The position numbers and the translations under genes were made by a program. DNA of 64,000 nt from Prevotella sp. (GTDB lineage: Bacteria > Bacteroidota > Bacteroidia > Bacteroidales > Bacteroidaceae): NCBI GenBank assembly GCA_013333285.2, contig JABCPF020000042.1:12302-76301 (forward strand), read 5' to 3'. Shown here one piece after another: positions 40,758 through 51,162 of the stretch. The number at the start of each line of letters is the position of its first letter. Position 1 is the first letter of the stretch. The notes under the pieces are model-generated. The model searched no databases. It was given only the letters and a program-made list of their open reading frames with translations, and had not been told where the DNA came from.

Positions 40758-41759
40758 TTAACCTTGATGTAGATGGAAAAAACGTTTCATGAAAAGAACG
40801 TAAACAACCGATAACACAAGCACTTGCAAGAACATTGTAAGGTAGCCAGGGCAAGCAAAATACCACGCACAGCACAAAGCCTGAACCAACATATAAACTA
40901 ACGATACAATCACATGGGGAATATGCAGTTCGTTTGCCATAATTTGGAACAAATGTTTACGATGGGGTAAGGATATTTTTTCATGAAGCATGAGTCTGTG
41001 TATAATCGTCAGACAGCCGTCAACACCATATACAACCAAGAACGACAGCAAGGAAAGGTCGTGCGTTTGTACAATAATGAATCCGAGGGAAAAGAGTATA
41101 ATAAAGGCAATTGAGACAGAGCCGACATCGCCTGCAAAGCATTTTGCCCGAGATCTGAAGTTAAAAAAGCAGAATACGACATCAGCCAACAACGTAATTG
41201 TAACCAACGACGAAACCCAGTGAGCCAATGATTCTCCGGCCTGTATAGTATGGCAATTCAATGTATAAAGAATAGCCGCAAGCACAATCAGCGAATAACC
41301 GCCCGTAATGCCGTTGATACCATCCATGAAATTAAATATATTCATGGCACCGGTACACACAATAAGTCCGGCGATTACAAAAAAAAGAATATAGAAAATA
41401 TGCGCTGAATCAGGACATAAACCATTGCAAGTAGACCAAATAAGCTGGCAAAGCAATAACAAGATACCAACAAACTGCAAGGGCAGACGTAAACGTGGAC
41501 TGAGAGAATGGACATCGTCAACAAAACTTAATATTGAAACAATACTAAGTCCAGCAAAGAACAACCAGAAATGAAAGCCTGAAAGCAGGAACCATATCAG
41601 TGCACCGAAATAAAAAATTATACCTCCACCACGTAGGGTTATATACTTTGAAGAGCCTCGTTCTGAAGGTTTATCAATAATATTAAAGTGGTCGGCCACT
41701 TTAAAATAAGCAACCTCAAGAATAAAAAGCAGTAGAAATATAATTGCTAATTGCCACAT
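40758..41759 (-). CDS. MraY/WecA-family undecaprenyl-phosphate sugar-1-phosphate transferase
   Basis: IIDKPSERGS, SFVDD, NIFNFMDGINGITG, FAGDVGS, PHRKHLFQ; polytopic membrane protein. Confidence 0.92.
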   Translation of the reverse strand: MWQLAIIFLLLFILEVAYFKVADHFNIIDKPSERGSSKYITLRGGGIIFYFGALIWFLLSGFHFWLFFAGLSIVSILSFVDDVHSLSPRLRLPLQFVGILLLLCQLIWSTCNGLCPDSAHIFYILFFVIAGLIVCTGAMNIFNFMDGINGITGGYSLIVLAAILYTLNCHTIQAGESLAHWVSSLVTITLLADVVFCFFNFRSRAKCFAGDVGSVSIAFIILFSLGFIIVQTHDLSLLSFLVVYGVDGCLTIIHRLMLHEKISLPHRKHLFQIMANELHIPHVIVSLVYMLVQALCCAWYFACPGYLTMFLQVLVLSVVYVLFMKRFFHLHQG

Positions 41760-41876
41760 TTTTATAATTGTTTTAATATCAATTCGAAAAGAGTAAACCG
41801 TATCCTTCAGCTAAAGGGACAAAAAAAGAATGGCTTTTATACCATCTGCAAGAACAAATAATACTTACAATTACAG

Positions 41877-42425
41877 CTATATTGTATTATTATTTATAAT
41901 ATCACTGATTTTATAGTGACCTTTTTGCCCTATTATTTTTACCTGATATGAGTTCTTTTGTTGCTTGCCAAAGCTTATGTTATACCAATTGTCGCCTATA
42001 AACACCATCTTCATATTGCGAATATTAACCTCCGGATTATCGTCATTTCCACCAGTTACAAATATCCATACTGCAAGACAACCTCCATCTTCGCAATCAT
42101 ATTCTTCTAAATATTTCTTTTCTAATTTATGAATGAACTCCGTTGTTAAGCAAGACATTGCAACGCTATCGCCTCTATTTAACGAACCTCCCAAAATATA
42201 CCTTTGCATAAACCTTTTATAAAAAGAAATGACATCCTCTGTTTTAGGGGAGTCTTTTACCGATTTTTTTCCTGTAATATATTTATTCGAGAGAACAGAA
42301 TCTTCGTAATTCGTAGCTTCTGTTTTAGCAATGTCTTTACTTTTCTTTTTAATAACAGTACAACTTATTAAGCCTATACTTAATAATAATACTTTTATAT
42401 AAACTCTAAATTGCCTGTTAATCAC
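41877..42425 (-). CDS. Hypothetical lipoprotein, possibly DUF3828-like
   Basis: Lipobox LISC; ISFYKRF..CLTTEF..and C-terminal YKISDI pattern; GTG start. Confidence 0.6.
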   Translation of the reverse strand: MINRQFRVYIKVLLLSIGLISCTVIKKKSKDIAKTEATNYEDSVLSNKYITGKKSVKDSPKTEDVISFYKRFMQRYILGGSLNRGDSVAMSCLTTEFIHKLEKKYLEEYDCEDGGCLAVWIFVTGGNDDNPEVNIRNMKMVFIGDNWYNISFGKQQKNSYQVKIIGQKGHYKISDIINNNTI

Positions 42426-42470
42426 CTCTTTTATAGAATATATGGGTAAAACAGAGTCAATAAACCTGCA

Positions 42471-42866
42471 TTATTTTAATATGTCACACTCCTGGATAGG
42501 CATGTAAGGACCATCTTTTGTCTCAAAAATAACGGTGCCAGAAGCTAATACTTCCATTGCGTGCCAAACGCCAGCAGGAATATGTATGCCGTAATTGGCT
42601 GATTCAGAGCTTAGAATAGTTTCTTCTATAATTTCTTTATCGTCATTATAAAACATCATTCTAAGCTTGCCACGTAACAAAATATAGGTTTCCGATGTAT
42701 GCTGATGACGATGAATTGGCACTATCGTTCCAGGCTCTAAAGCATTAAGTAATCGCTGGCATGGGGCGTCTAATGAATCATGAAAGTTATAATTCATTCG
42801 TAACCTATTAGATTCTTTCGCGCCAGAAGTTACTGTGTCAAGCAAACTTTTATCAATTAACTTCAT
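42471..42866 (-). CDS. WbuC family cupin-fold protein
   Basis: RLRMNYNFH, QRLLNALEPGT, PIHRH, PAGVWH, FETKDGPY. Confidence 0.9.
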   Translation of the reverse strand: MKLIDKSLLDTVTSGAKESNRLRMNYNFHDSLDAPCQRLLNALEPGTIVPIHRHQHTSETYILLRGKLRMMFYNDDKEIIEETILSSESANYGIHIPAGVWHAMEVLASGTVIFETKDGPYMPIQECDILK

Positions 42867-43808
42867 TTATTTATCCTCATTAAAGCTACGAATGGTGTGA
42901 GAAAGTCCTTCGCGTGCCGACAAAGGCATTTTATCTATTCCCAATGCACGTTTTACCTTGGTATTGTCAACCACATAATTTTCGGTAAGTTTTGCCAAGC
43001 GCTCTGTCGTGAGTGGCAAATGCAATTTGTCGCCATTTTTTGCTAAAAATGTCATGGCAGCACGACCAAACTTCCATATTTTCGCTTTGCGACCTAAACA
43101 ATCACATATAATTTCAATCAGTGTATTTGTTGATAAAGCCTCATCGTCAGCAAGGTTATAAACACCACTATCGACATTTTGCTCCAAAAGTTGCCCTACA
43201 ACAAAGCACACATTCTGTATGGCACAGAAAGAACGTTTGTTCTCAAAGGCTCCTAACGGCCAAGGAAAACCTGCATTTACTACCTTGTATAATAAATTTA
43301 AATTGCCTTTATTGCCTGGTCCGTGCATCATGCACGGACGTAGAATATAAAGCTGTCTGCCGTCAGTATGCGTAGAAGGCGCTTGTTTCCAAACGTCGTT
43401 TAATTGTTTTTCGGCCTCGGCTTTGCTCTCGCCGTATGGACCTTTCGGGGTTGGGGTTACATCTTCTGTCAATATATCACCAGCCACTTGGTCAGCAGCA
43501 GCCTTTACTGAGGAAAAGAAGATGAACTTTTTTATATCTTGATGATTCAGGAAATAGGAAAAAACTTTCATAGTTAAATCTCTATTCACCTTGAAATATA
43601 CGTCTGCTTCAGTCTGGTTTTTTGTATCATGGGCCTTTCCTGCCAAATGAATAATGGCATCAACGTGAGGAATACGGTCGCCGTCGAGGTCGTCCCAAAC
43701 ATAATCTCCTGAACGTCCGAGTCCATAAACCGTATGTCCTTTCTCCTTCAAATAAGGCAGGATATTCTGCCCTACAAAGCCATGATAACCCGTTATCAAT
43801 ATATTCAT
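42867..43808 (-). CDS. NAD-dependent epimerase/dehydratase
   Basis: ITGYHGFVG, IIHLAGKAHD, SSVKA, YGESK. Confidence 0.9.
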   Translation of the reverse strand: MNILITGYHGFVGQNILPYLKEKGHTVYGLGRSGDYVWDDLDGDRIPHVDAIIHLAGKAHDTKNQTEADVYFKVNRDLTMKVFSYFLNHQDIKKFIFFSSVKAAADQVAGDILTEDVTPTPKGPYGESKAEAEKQLNDVWKQAPSTHTDGRQLYILRPCMMHGPGNKGNLNLLYKVVNAGFPWPLGAFENKRSFCAIQNVCFVVGQLLEQNVDSGVYNLADDEALSTNTLIEIICDCLGRKAKIWKFGRAAMTFLAKNGDKLHLPLTTERLAKLTENYVVDNTKVKRALGIDKMPLSAREGLSHTIRSFNEDK

Positions 43809-43809
43809 A

Positions 43810-44952
43810 TCAATATAACTTTTCTATTTCGTTCCAAACGATATGATTTTCAAAATTGGTTTGCACCCATTCGCGAGCCTTATTGCCATCAACGCTACTG
43901 CTTGTATCGTGAATTCGGCGGATAGCATCAGAAAGTTGGTCAACATCATGCTCAACAAACAAGCCTGTAACACCTTCTAGAATGGAGTCGCAACAGCCTG
44001 TAGCGCGAGTTGTTATAACAGGAACTTGCATAGCCTGAGCTTCTAAAACACCCGTCGGGAAGCCCTCACGGTAAGAGGCCAACACGTAAACATTCATCAT
44101 AGAATAGAAGTATTCCATATCCGAATTTTGAAAATCGGTCCATACAATCTGGCTATCATTCTTGATATCTTGCTGTACATCGTCGGGCAAAGCATCACGA
44201 ACTTCAAACATTCCTACTAATAAAAGCTTATAATTTGCGTGTTCTTTCTTCAGGTTACGAAAAGCTCTTACCAACTCTATAATGCCTTTGTCGCGGACCA
44301 ATCGGCCAGAATAGCCAATCACCCAATCGCTATCAGTAATCCCCCACTTTGCTTTCATGTGAGCTAACTTTTGCGAATCAATGTTTTTAGGATTGAATTT
44401 TCCTTCTGTATCTATTCCGCAGCACGTGCCTTTATGAAGAATAAGTTGCTTAGAAGCAGGCGCTAAACGGTCTTCGATAGAATGTTTGAGGACAGAAGGA
44501 GATACACAAATGATCTTGGTTGCACACAAAGAAGCAATGCGATCAACAGTCATTAGAATAAAGCGTTTCAGTCCGTGTGAAGTCTGATAAACAAGTCCAT
44601 GACGAAAATATATTCGATTAGGAACTCGCATTATCCATGCAGCGATCATAGATAACAAGCCACCTTTAGGTGTATGTCCAACAACCACACCGATCTGTTT
44701 CTCTCTTATATATCGACATATTCCTACAACTGTTTTAAAATCTTGCAAGAAATTGATTGCTCTTAAAACAGGTAATACACGATAATCAAAGAAATTTTCT
44801 TTTGCGTATGCATCTAAATATTCCGATTCAGAGCATACAACATGAAGACGATAACCCTTATCTCTAAAATATTTAAATTGGCCACCGATGAAATAAGGAA
44901 GCACAAAGTAAATATTAACTACATGGAGTATATTCTTGTTATTGTATTTCAT
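43810..44952 (-). CDS. Glycosyltransferase family 4 (CapM-like)
   Basis: HTPKGGLL, GRLVRDKGIIEL, SYREGFPTGVLEA. Confidence 0.92.
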   Translation of the reverse strand: MKYNNKNILHVVNIYFVLPYFIGGQFKYFRDKGYRLHVVCSESEYLDAYAKENFFDYRVLPVLRAINFLQDFKTVVGICRYIREKQIGVVVGHTPKGGLLSMIAAWIMRVPNRIYFRHGLVYQTSHGLKRFILMTVDRIASLCATKIICVSPSVLKHSIEDRLAPASKQLILHKGTCCGIDTEGKFNPKNIDSQKLAHMKAKWGITDSDWVIGYSGRLVRDKGIIELVRAFRNLKKEHANYKLLLVGMFEVRDALPDDVQQDIKNDSQIVWTDFQNSDMEYFYSMMNVYVLASYREGFPTGVLEAQAMQVPVITTRATGCCDSILEGVTGLFVEHDVDQLSDAIRRIHDTSSSVDGNKAREWVQTNFENHIVWNEIEKLY

Positions 44953-44987
44953 GATAAAACGCTATCGTATAATAAAAGAAATAGCTA

Positions 44988-46097
44988 TTATGATTTGCAC
45001 ACGTCTTTATAAACTTGATCGTATCCAGCAACCATCTTACTGATATCAAATTCTAATGCGCGATTGAAACAACGTTCGGCTATTTCATTATAATAAGCCT
45101 CATCATCGGCCAAACTATTAATAACTTGAGCTAATGTTGTAGCATCTTCGTGTGGAAATAAAAGGCCATAGTCCTTCGTTACCTCTCTCAATCCATTCAC
45201 ATCTGATGCTATAAAAGGCTTGTGCGCACTCATGCCTTCAACATTACTAAGGCTCAAACCTTCCCAATGAGAAGACATAATGATAATATCAGCTGCACGA
45301 AGAACATTCGGTATATCTGTACGTAAACCAAGGAATCGAACTCTATCACTGACGTTTAAAGAGACAGCTAACTGTTTTACTTCTTCCATTCGCTCTCCGA
45401 CACCAGCAAACCAAACTTCAAACTTTTCCTTGTCAAGATTACTTAATGCTTTAACTATTGTGTCTTGATCCTTAGCGTCTCTGAAACCAGCAACCATTAA
45501 TATTGCCTTTCTATTTCCTTTCATCGCCAGCAAATCAGCATTAGGAAACGCTTCACTAATAGCAGAAACGTCTACACCATTATTAATCGTAGATATCTGA
45601 CTATACAACGTCTTGCTCTCATCTAGCCAAGCTCCTCCCATATATTCTCTTAACTTCTGCTCTGCAACTTTGCTAATACAAATAACATGATTGTTTTGCC
45701 TGTACATCCAACTTTCAATTGGCACATACCATTTCCATTCTCGTTTGCGATTAGAAGTGGTATGTTCTGTAGAAACCAGCTTTGTACGACAACATATATT
45801 AGCAATTGCGACGAAAAGCTGCGGTGAAGAATTGTGCGTATGAACAATATCATATTCTCGCATTATCTTCGTCAATTTTAAAATATACAATGGATTATAA
45901 ACACCACTCCCCAAAGCATAAATCTTCGTTTGTGGACTACTTTCTTCTCTCAATCTCTGCATTAGCGGAGTTTCCTCACCATTAAAAACACATATATCAA
46001 CAGTGTGTCCTAAAGCCTGTAATCTTGGTATTAAATTAACCACCAACGTTTCAGCTCCTCCCATCTCCAACGATGTAATAACCTGAAGAACCTTCAT
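44988..46097 (-). CDS. Glycosyltransferase family 4
   Basis: GGAETL, INNGVD, KDQ, SHWEGLSLSNVEGM. Confidence 0.92.
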   Translation of the reverse strand: MKVLQVITSLEMGGAETLVVNLIPRLQALGHTVDICVFNGEETPLMQRLREESSPQTKIYALGSGVYNPLYILKLTKIMREYDIVHTHNSSPQLFVAIANICCRTKLVSTEHTTSNRKREWKWYVPIESWMYRQNNHVICISKVAEQKLREYMGGAWLDESKTLYSQISTINNGVDVSAISEAFPNADLLAMKGNRKAILMVAGFRDAKDQDTIVKALSNLDKEKFEVWFAGVGERMEEVKQLAVSLNVSDRVRFLGLRTDIPNVLRAADIIIMSSHWEGLSLSNVEGMSAHKPFIASDVNGLREVTKDYGLLFPHEDATTLAQVINSLADDEAYYNEIAERCFNRALEFDISKMVAGYDQVYKDVCKS

Positions 46098-46101
46098 TAG
46101 C

Positions 46102-47028
46102 TTATATTATTTTAAAAAATTTGAGTATCTTACGAATCCACATTCTATCAAAACCCAGAGCATCTGTCACAATAACACCCTTATATGAATTGAACGTGTG
46201 ACTGCCAATATTCAATGTTGGATGCACTGAATATAATCTTCTAATTTCTTTAAAGGAAAAGTTTGTTATATCTGTCTCCTGTAATGTAACAGCATGACCA
46301 TATTGTGTATTACATTCTTGAGTTGGTCGTATAAGCTTATCCCTATACTTAAAGAAGCTTCCTGACATACGAGCAATATTTTCTTTAAATGGAATATCTT
46401 TTAGAAAATCAAACTTTCTTTCTGTATGAGACCAAATATAGATATGTAATACACTGCCATTAGGGTCTTCTTTTGGTGTGCAAAATAAATAAACTTTGTC
46501 TTCGATCTTCACAGGAACTGCGTCCGCTACAGCCTTATCTAACACACTTTGCAAACAAACTATTCTATTTGAATCTATAAAAAATTTGTAAATAGTTAAA
46601 TATCCACTTTCTCCATTTTCTGGTAACAAATATATGTAAGGCTCTGCAGAACTGTCAGGTTGTAAATCTATATCTTTTATAAAGTCTTTCAAACCTTCAT
46701 CTTTTCGGATAATAACTGGGAAAGATAGATGGGTGGGCAATTCTAAAATAACATCACATCTTAAAAGTTCATTTGTTTTTTTGTCAATGGTCAGTTTTGA
46801 TATTCTTCCCCTATTTATAGGCTTATAAAACTCTTCAACCAATAAAATAATTTCGTTTTCTGTTACATTTAAAACAAATGGGTCTGCAAACCAAGAGTCC
46901 TTTAGTTTATGTTTTATCCATTTTACATCAATAGTACATCCGTTTATAACATCGTTAACGGAATTTTGTACGAAGCCAACATTCCAACGTTCTTCAGTAA
47001 GTTTCTTGATTTGTGTTTTAATAAACAT
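46102..47028 (-). CDS. Beta-propeller protein (GINT1 N-terminal/GH43-like fold)
   Basis: WFADPF, HLSFPVI, LLPE, ARMSG, LIRPTQEC..YG repeated-blade pattern. Confidence 0.6.
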   Translation of the reverse strand: MFIKTQIKKLTEERWNVGFVQNSVNDVINGCTIDVKWIKHKLKDSWFADPFVLNVTENEIILLVEEFYKPINRGRISKLTIDKKTNELLRCDVILELPTHLSFPVIIRKDEGLKDFIKDIDLQPDSSAEPYIYLLPENGESGYLTIYKFFIDSNRIVCLQSVLDKAVADAVPVKIEDKVYLFCTPKEDPNGSVLHIYIWSHTERKFDFLKDIPFKENIARMSGSFFKYRDKLIRPTQECNTQYGHAVTLQETDITNFSFKEIRRLYSVHPTLNIGSHTFNSYKGVIVTDALGFDRMWIRKILKFFKII

Positions 47029-47099
47029 ATGTTATAAAGTCTTTTATCGCTTGGTAATAATAAGAGAGAGTATATTTTTTAAATAAATGATGATGTGTA

Positions 47100-47969
47100 T
47101 TACTTCGTTACTAATCTGTCTTTAATATGAAAAATCAAGCCGACTGGTAATAGACATATCCATAATGGAGCTATTTTTTTCTCTGCTTTTGGTTTATTTT
47201 TAATACATAAATAGAATCGCCAATAATTTATAGCTGCTTTTATTTTACTTTTTATTGGAATATCTAAATCCAACATTTCACCATAACATATTGTTGATGC
47301 AATAGGGCTTTTCATTCTTATTTTAACTATTTTCGAAGTTAGTCCTCCATCTAAATAATCACGATAATAAACAACTTGATTAAAGAAATATAATGTATAT
47401 TTCCTTGCTATTCTATTCCAAACTAAATCTTCCGGGCAAAACTTCTCATTATATATCTCAGGAAACGGGAATTCACGTAATACATCTGTCTTAAAGACTT
47501 CACAAACATCGCCTAAAAAGCCATATTTAAAGCGCATATCTATAGAACTAATGTTTCCCTGTGGTAATAAATTATAATTTCCGATAACTATATTATCATG
47601 ATGGGCCATTAAGCCGCAGACTCCGCCTACAGTAGCATCCTCTCTGATTTTTAAATATTGATTATTTATAATTAATAATGAATCTTTTGGAAGAGTGTCA
47701 TCACTATCTACAATAATAATAAGCTCTCCTGTAGAGATTTTTACTCCTGCATTAATCGCAGTATGTTTCCCTCCATTAGATTGCTTGATATATTTTATAA
47801 CTATCTTCTTGTCTTCTTTAAAATGAGTTATAATTTCACTTGTTGAATCTGTTGAGCCATCATCAACAACAATCCACTCAAAATCATCAAAGATTTGTTC
47901 TCTCAAACTTTGATATAGATTTTTTAGCAGGTCTCCTCGATTATAAGATGGTGTAAGAACTGTTATCAT
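47100..47969 (-). CDS. Glycosyltransferase family 2
   Basis: VLTPSYNR, VDDGSTD, NGGKHTAIN, DSDD. Confidence 0.93.
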   Translation of the reverse strand: MITVLTPSYNRGDLLKNLYQSLREQIFDDFEWIVVDDGSTDSTSEIITHFKEDKKIVIKYIKQSNGGKHTAINAGVKISTGELIIIVDSDDTLPKDSLLIINNQYLKIREDATVGGVCGLMAHHDNIVIGNYNLLPQGNISSIDMRFKYGFLGDVCEVFKTDVLREFPFPEIYNEKFCPEDLVWNRIARKYTLYFFNQVVYYRDYLDGGLTSKIVKIRMKSPIASTICYGEMLDLDIPIKSKIKAAINYWRFYLCIKNKPKAEKKIAPLWICLLPVGLIFHIKDRLVTK

Positions 47970-49114
47970 TATCGATAGAATTTATCTATAGCATAATTTT
48001 CATCATATTCGTAAAGTTCGTAAACAGGATCATAATCCCTCACTCCATTTGTAAAAAATGTTTTGTATGGAGAAAGCATGAAACTCCATTGGAATACGAT
48101 TCTAATAAATAATATCACGCTAATAACCATTACTAAATTCTTTGCAAATTTGTTTTTTCGCACACCATTACAAATAGTAGAAAGTGTAGCTATTAATCCC
48201 ATAAGATAAAACCACCCCAAACGTCCACCATTTAAGGACAAAACAAAAAGTAATAATATAGCACAAAAACCCAAAGCTGTATTCAGTAATACTATATCTT
48301 TCTTTGTATTAGGAATCAAAGCATAATTCTTTAAAATTAAATAAAGAAAAATAAGTGCTTCCATAATATACTCAAATTTAAAGCCTATATCTCGCTCCAT
48401 ATAGTTATCTGTTCTAGCATGCATATCTACGACATCTCCGTATATTTGAAAAATAGCAGAGGGACCACCAGATAGACCAATGAATAAACATATAGCCATA
48501 AAGAATACAATATTCTTCACTTTGAACTTCTTCACTGGTATAAAGTAAAGCGGCAATAAAATAATTGCAGAATTATGGAAAGAAGTTGCTAACAACACAC
48601 AAATTAAAAATTTATATAACTTTCTTTTATAAATATATTGTAATGCTAACCAACCTATACCAACTCCTATCATTTGACGTAAATAAGTAAATGTAAAGAA
48701 GAACATCAATCCCATAAAAAGTAATAATGCATATGGATAATTTATACAATATTTTTTTAAGGAAAAATAATGTAGTAGATAAATTACAAAAGTTATCAGC
48801 AAAATAAATATATATCTATTAGATGTAATTTTTGATATCAAAATATTACATCCAACATAGCCCATCTCCTTTGGATATACATTAAAGATCAATGCATCAT
48901 TATAATTTCCGTGAAAATTCATGATATCTGCAACACCATCAAAAAGCTCACCATAGATATATCTATCATATCCTCCTAGCATATCAGAAAATCCGACAAA
49001 AATTGATAAGATTAAAAATGAGAAAGCTAAAATAAGATCTTGTCTATAATTATATTCTGTAGCTATATAATTAGCATAAGTTATTACAATAAAAACTATA
49101 ATATATAATAACAT
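47969..49114 (-). CDS. EpsG family protein, probable Wzy polymerase
   Basis: Polytopic; GGYDRYIY, FTYLRQ, SFHNSA. Confidence 0.85.
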   Translation of the reverse strand: MLLYIIVFIVITYANYIATEYNYRQDLILAFSFLILSIFVGFSDMLGGYDRYIYGELFDGVADIMNFHGNYNDALIFNVYPKEMGYVGCNILISKITSNRYIFILLITFVIYLLHYFSLKKYCINYPYALLLFMGLMFFFTFTYLRQMIGVGIGWLALQYIYKRKLYKFLICVLLATSFHNSAIILLPLYFIPVKKFKVKNIVFFMAICLFIGLSGGPSAIFQIYGDVVDMHARTDNYMERDIGFKFEYIMEALIFLYLILKNYALIPNTKKDIVLLNTALGFCAILLLFVLSLNGGRLGWFYLMGLIATLSTICNGVRKNKFAKNLVMVISVILFIRIVFQWSFMLSPYKTFFTNGVRDYDPVYELYEYDENYAIDKFYR

Positions 49115-49122
49115 ATCTATTT

Positions 49123-50115
49123 TTAATTATATTGATTACCAAACATGAGTAAGTTTATTATTTTTACTCTTTTAAGGACCAAAATACAATAATAACAGGT
49201 AATAACAGTAAATAGACCTATGAGGGGTGCTATAATAAAGTCTGTTATCCAATATGGTAAAAACATCGTATTAATGTGAAGATATGAAATAAACAATCGT
49301 TGAAGGATAATAGATTGCAGACCATAAATACCCAAAGTATAAGTACCCAACTCTGCCATCTTCTTAATGATTACATTATCATTATTAAAACATTTGCAAA
49401 GATACCATATACATCCAAACAATGATAATGAGCCTGACAATCCAGTGATAAATTGCGAAAATAATTGCCATGGCGTAGAAAACAGAACTTGATAAGTAAG
49501 AACTTTGGGTACTTCATGTACACCAAACAATATAAAAATAGATAAACTGATCAATGTCACGCTAGCCTGGTATTTTGCATATATTTCTCTATAATATCTT
49601 AAGAAATACCCTATCCAAAAGAAAATTAACATCCAATTAAATTGTAAAAAATAGCCATGAGGAAAAACAAGAGCTAATACAATAGAGCCTACTGCCAAAA
49701 TAAAATTATGGTATCCCGTACGTTTAACAAGATAAATATACACATAACAAAAGAACAAAGTTCGTAAAAACCACATTCCACCTATAGCTTCATTCCTTAC
49801 AATACTTTTTATATCTTGATAATTAATAAAAAAACAAACTAAAATTGTTAGTAAAGAAATAGTAATTACAGGAAATAACAGCTGACTTGTTTTTTGTTTT
49901 AAGAATTTAACAAAAGGTCTATCAAAAGAGCTTAAAGAAAAAAAACCACATAGCATCATAAATAAAGGCATGTGAAAAGAATAAATGCAATTATATAAAA
50001 TTGAACGATAAGACATATCAATCATCGGATAAGAATGACCTATACAAACCATCCATATAGCCAAAAACTTAACCACATCTATATAAACTATTCTTTTAGA
50101 TTTTTGTTTCTTCAT
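49123..50115 (-). CDS. Acyltransferase family 3 (membrane O-acyltransferase)
   Basis: RIVYIDVVK..IGH, YSFHMPLFMMLCG, WFL, LGTYTLGIY. Confidence 0.9.
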   Translation of the reverse strand: MKKQKSKRIVYIDVVKFLAIWMVCIGHSYPMIDMSYRSILYNCIYSFHMPLFMMLCGFFSLSSFDRPFVKFLKQKTSQLLFPVITISLLTILVCFFINYQDIKSIVRNEAIGGMWFLRTLFFCYVYIYLVKRTGYHNFILAVGSIVLALVFPHGYFLQFNWMLIFFWIGYFLRYYREIYAKYQASVTLISLSIFILFGVHEVPKVLTYQVLFSTPWQLFSQFITGLSGSLSLFGCIWYLCKCFNNDNVIIKKMAELGTYTLGIYGLQSIILQRLFISYLHINTMFLPYWITDFIIAPLIGLFTVITCYYCILVLKRVKIINLLMFGNQYN

Positions 50116-51152
50116 GGGTTCAACTCTATTTCCTCATAAGGTACATTATTTAACATAGCTGCTCTTTTAGGAAAACCGCTTTGAAAAAGTTTTTTATCTG
50201 TCATTTGAAAAACTTTTTTGGCATTACTCAGCATGAAGTAATCAACAAACGATTTCATATAAGTATCCTGACTTGCATCAAAGGTAAATCCCATATGAAC
50301 AACTGTACCAGGAATAACATATACGTAATCTAGATTAGAAAGTTGGTCCAAAAAAGTTTTACTATCACTAGTAACTAATACACGCTCATCTGGATATTGT
50401 GTATGTAAACTTCTAATTCCTCGAATACATTTCTGTATATAAGTTTCTCGTTCTGATATTGGTAAAATATCACCACCTTCTTTAAAGTCACCTAATAACT
50501 GTCGAAATCGAAAAGTTAAAGAAATATATTGTCGAGCCCCTCCCAATTGAGTTAAATGAAAATCAATATGCTGCTGAAGACGTTCAGAGGGACGGAAAAG
50601 TTCCTTAAATAAATCACTAAAAGTATTATCAGCAATCGCCATATTAGAATATATATGAATCTGTTTATACGATTTTTTCAGATAATATCTTAAAGTACTC
50701 TTTTGTGCCTTTATCTGTGCACTATTCTCCAAATTATTATTATAAGTTAGAAGAGTACAGGGATATACCATCTTGGTATCCCAACATATGTTTTTAGGTT
50801 CAATTTGCCAATTGTATTCATTTGGTACTAAATAGTCTTGTAAATGTAATGGTTCAAAAACTATTTTGAAAGGGAGATTATTTCGTTTACACTCTTCATA
50901 TATAGAAGTAATACCTCTAAGACGGTCTGATAGACCTCCAGAAAAAGTAGTCTCTGGCTGAACCATATAAATAACAACTGTATTGTTACTTTCACACCTG
51001 CAATCCTTTAGTTTTTTCTTATATAAAGGTAAAAGCAACGTTCTTCTACATACAAAATTATGTCTAAAAATTAAGAGAATGTAAAATAGAGAAGATACAA
51101 ATTGAATAAAACTTTTATACATATTATATATAAACCTCATGCATTTAGTCAT
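50112..51152 (-). CDS. O-fucosyltransferase-superfamily (NodZ/GT23-like) protein; start uncertain
   Basis: GGLSDRLRG, SLTFRFR, VLVTSDS, VDYFMLS..SGF match GDP-fucose-binding motifs I-III. Confidence 0.6.
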   Translation of the reverse strand: MTKCMRFIYNMYKSFIQFVSSLFYILLIFRHNFVCRRTLLLPLYKKKLKDCRCESNNTVVIYMVQPETTFSGGLSDRLRGITSIYEECKRNNLPFKIVFEPLHLQDYLVPNEYNWQIEPKNICWDTKMVYPCTLLTYNNNLENSAQIKAQKSTLRYYLKKSYKQIHIYSNMAIADNTFSDLFKELFRPSERLQQHIDFHLTQLGGARQYISLTFRFRQLLGDFKEGGDILPISERETYIQKCIRGIRSLHTQYPDERVLVTSDSKTFLDQLSNLDYVYVIPGTVVHMGFTFDASQDTYMKSFVDYFMLSNAKKVFQMTDKKLFQSGFPKRAAMLNNVPYEEIELNP

Positions 51153-51162
51153 AACTCCATAT

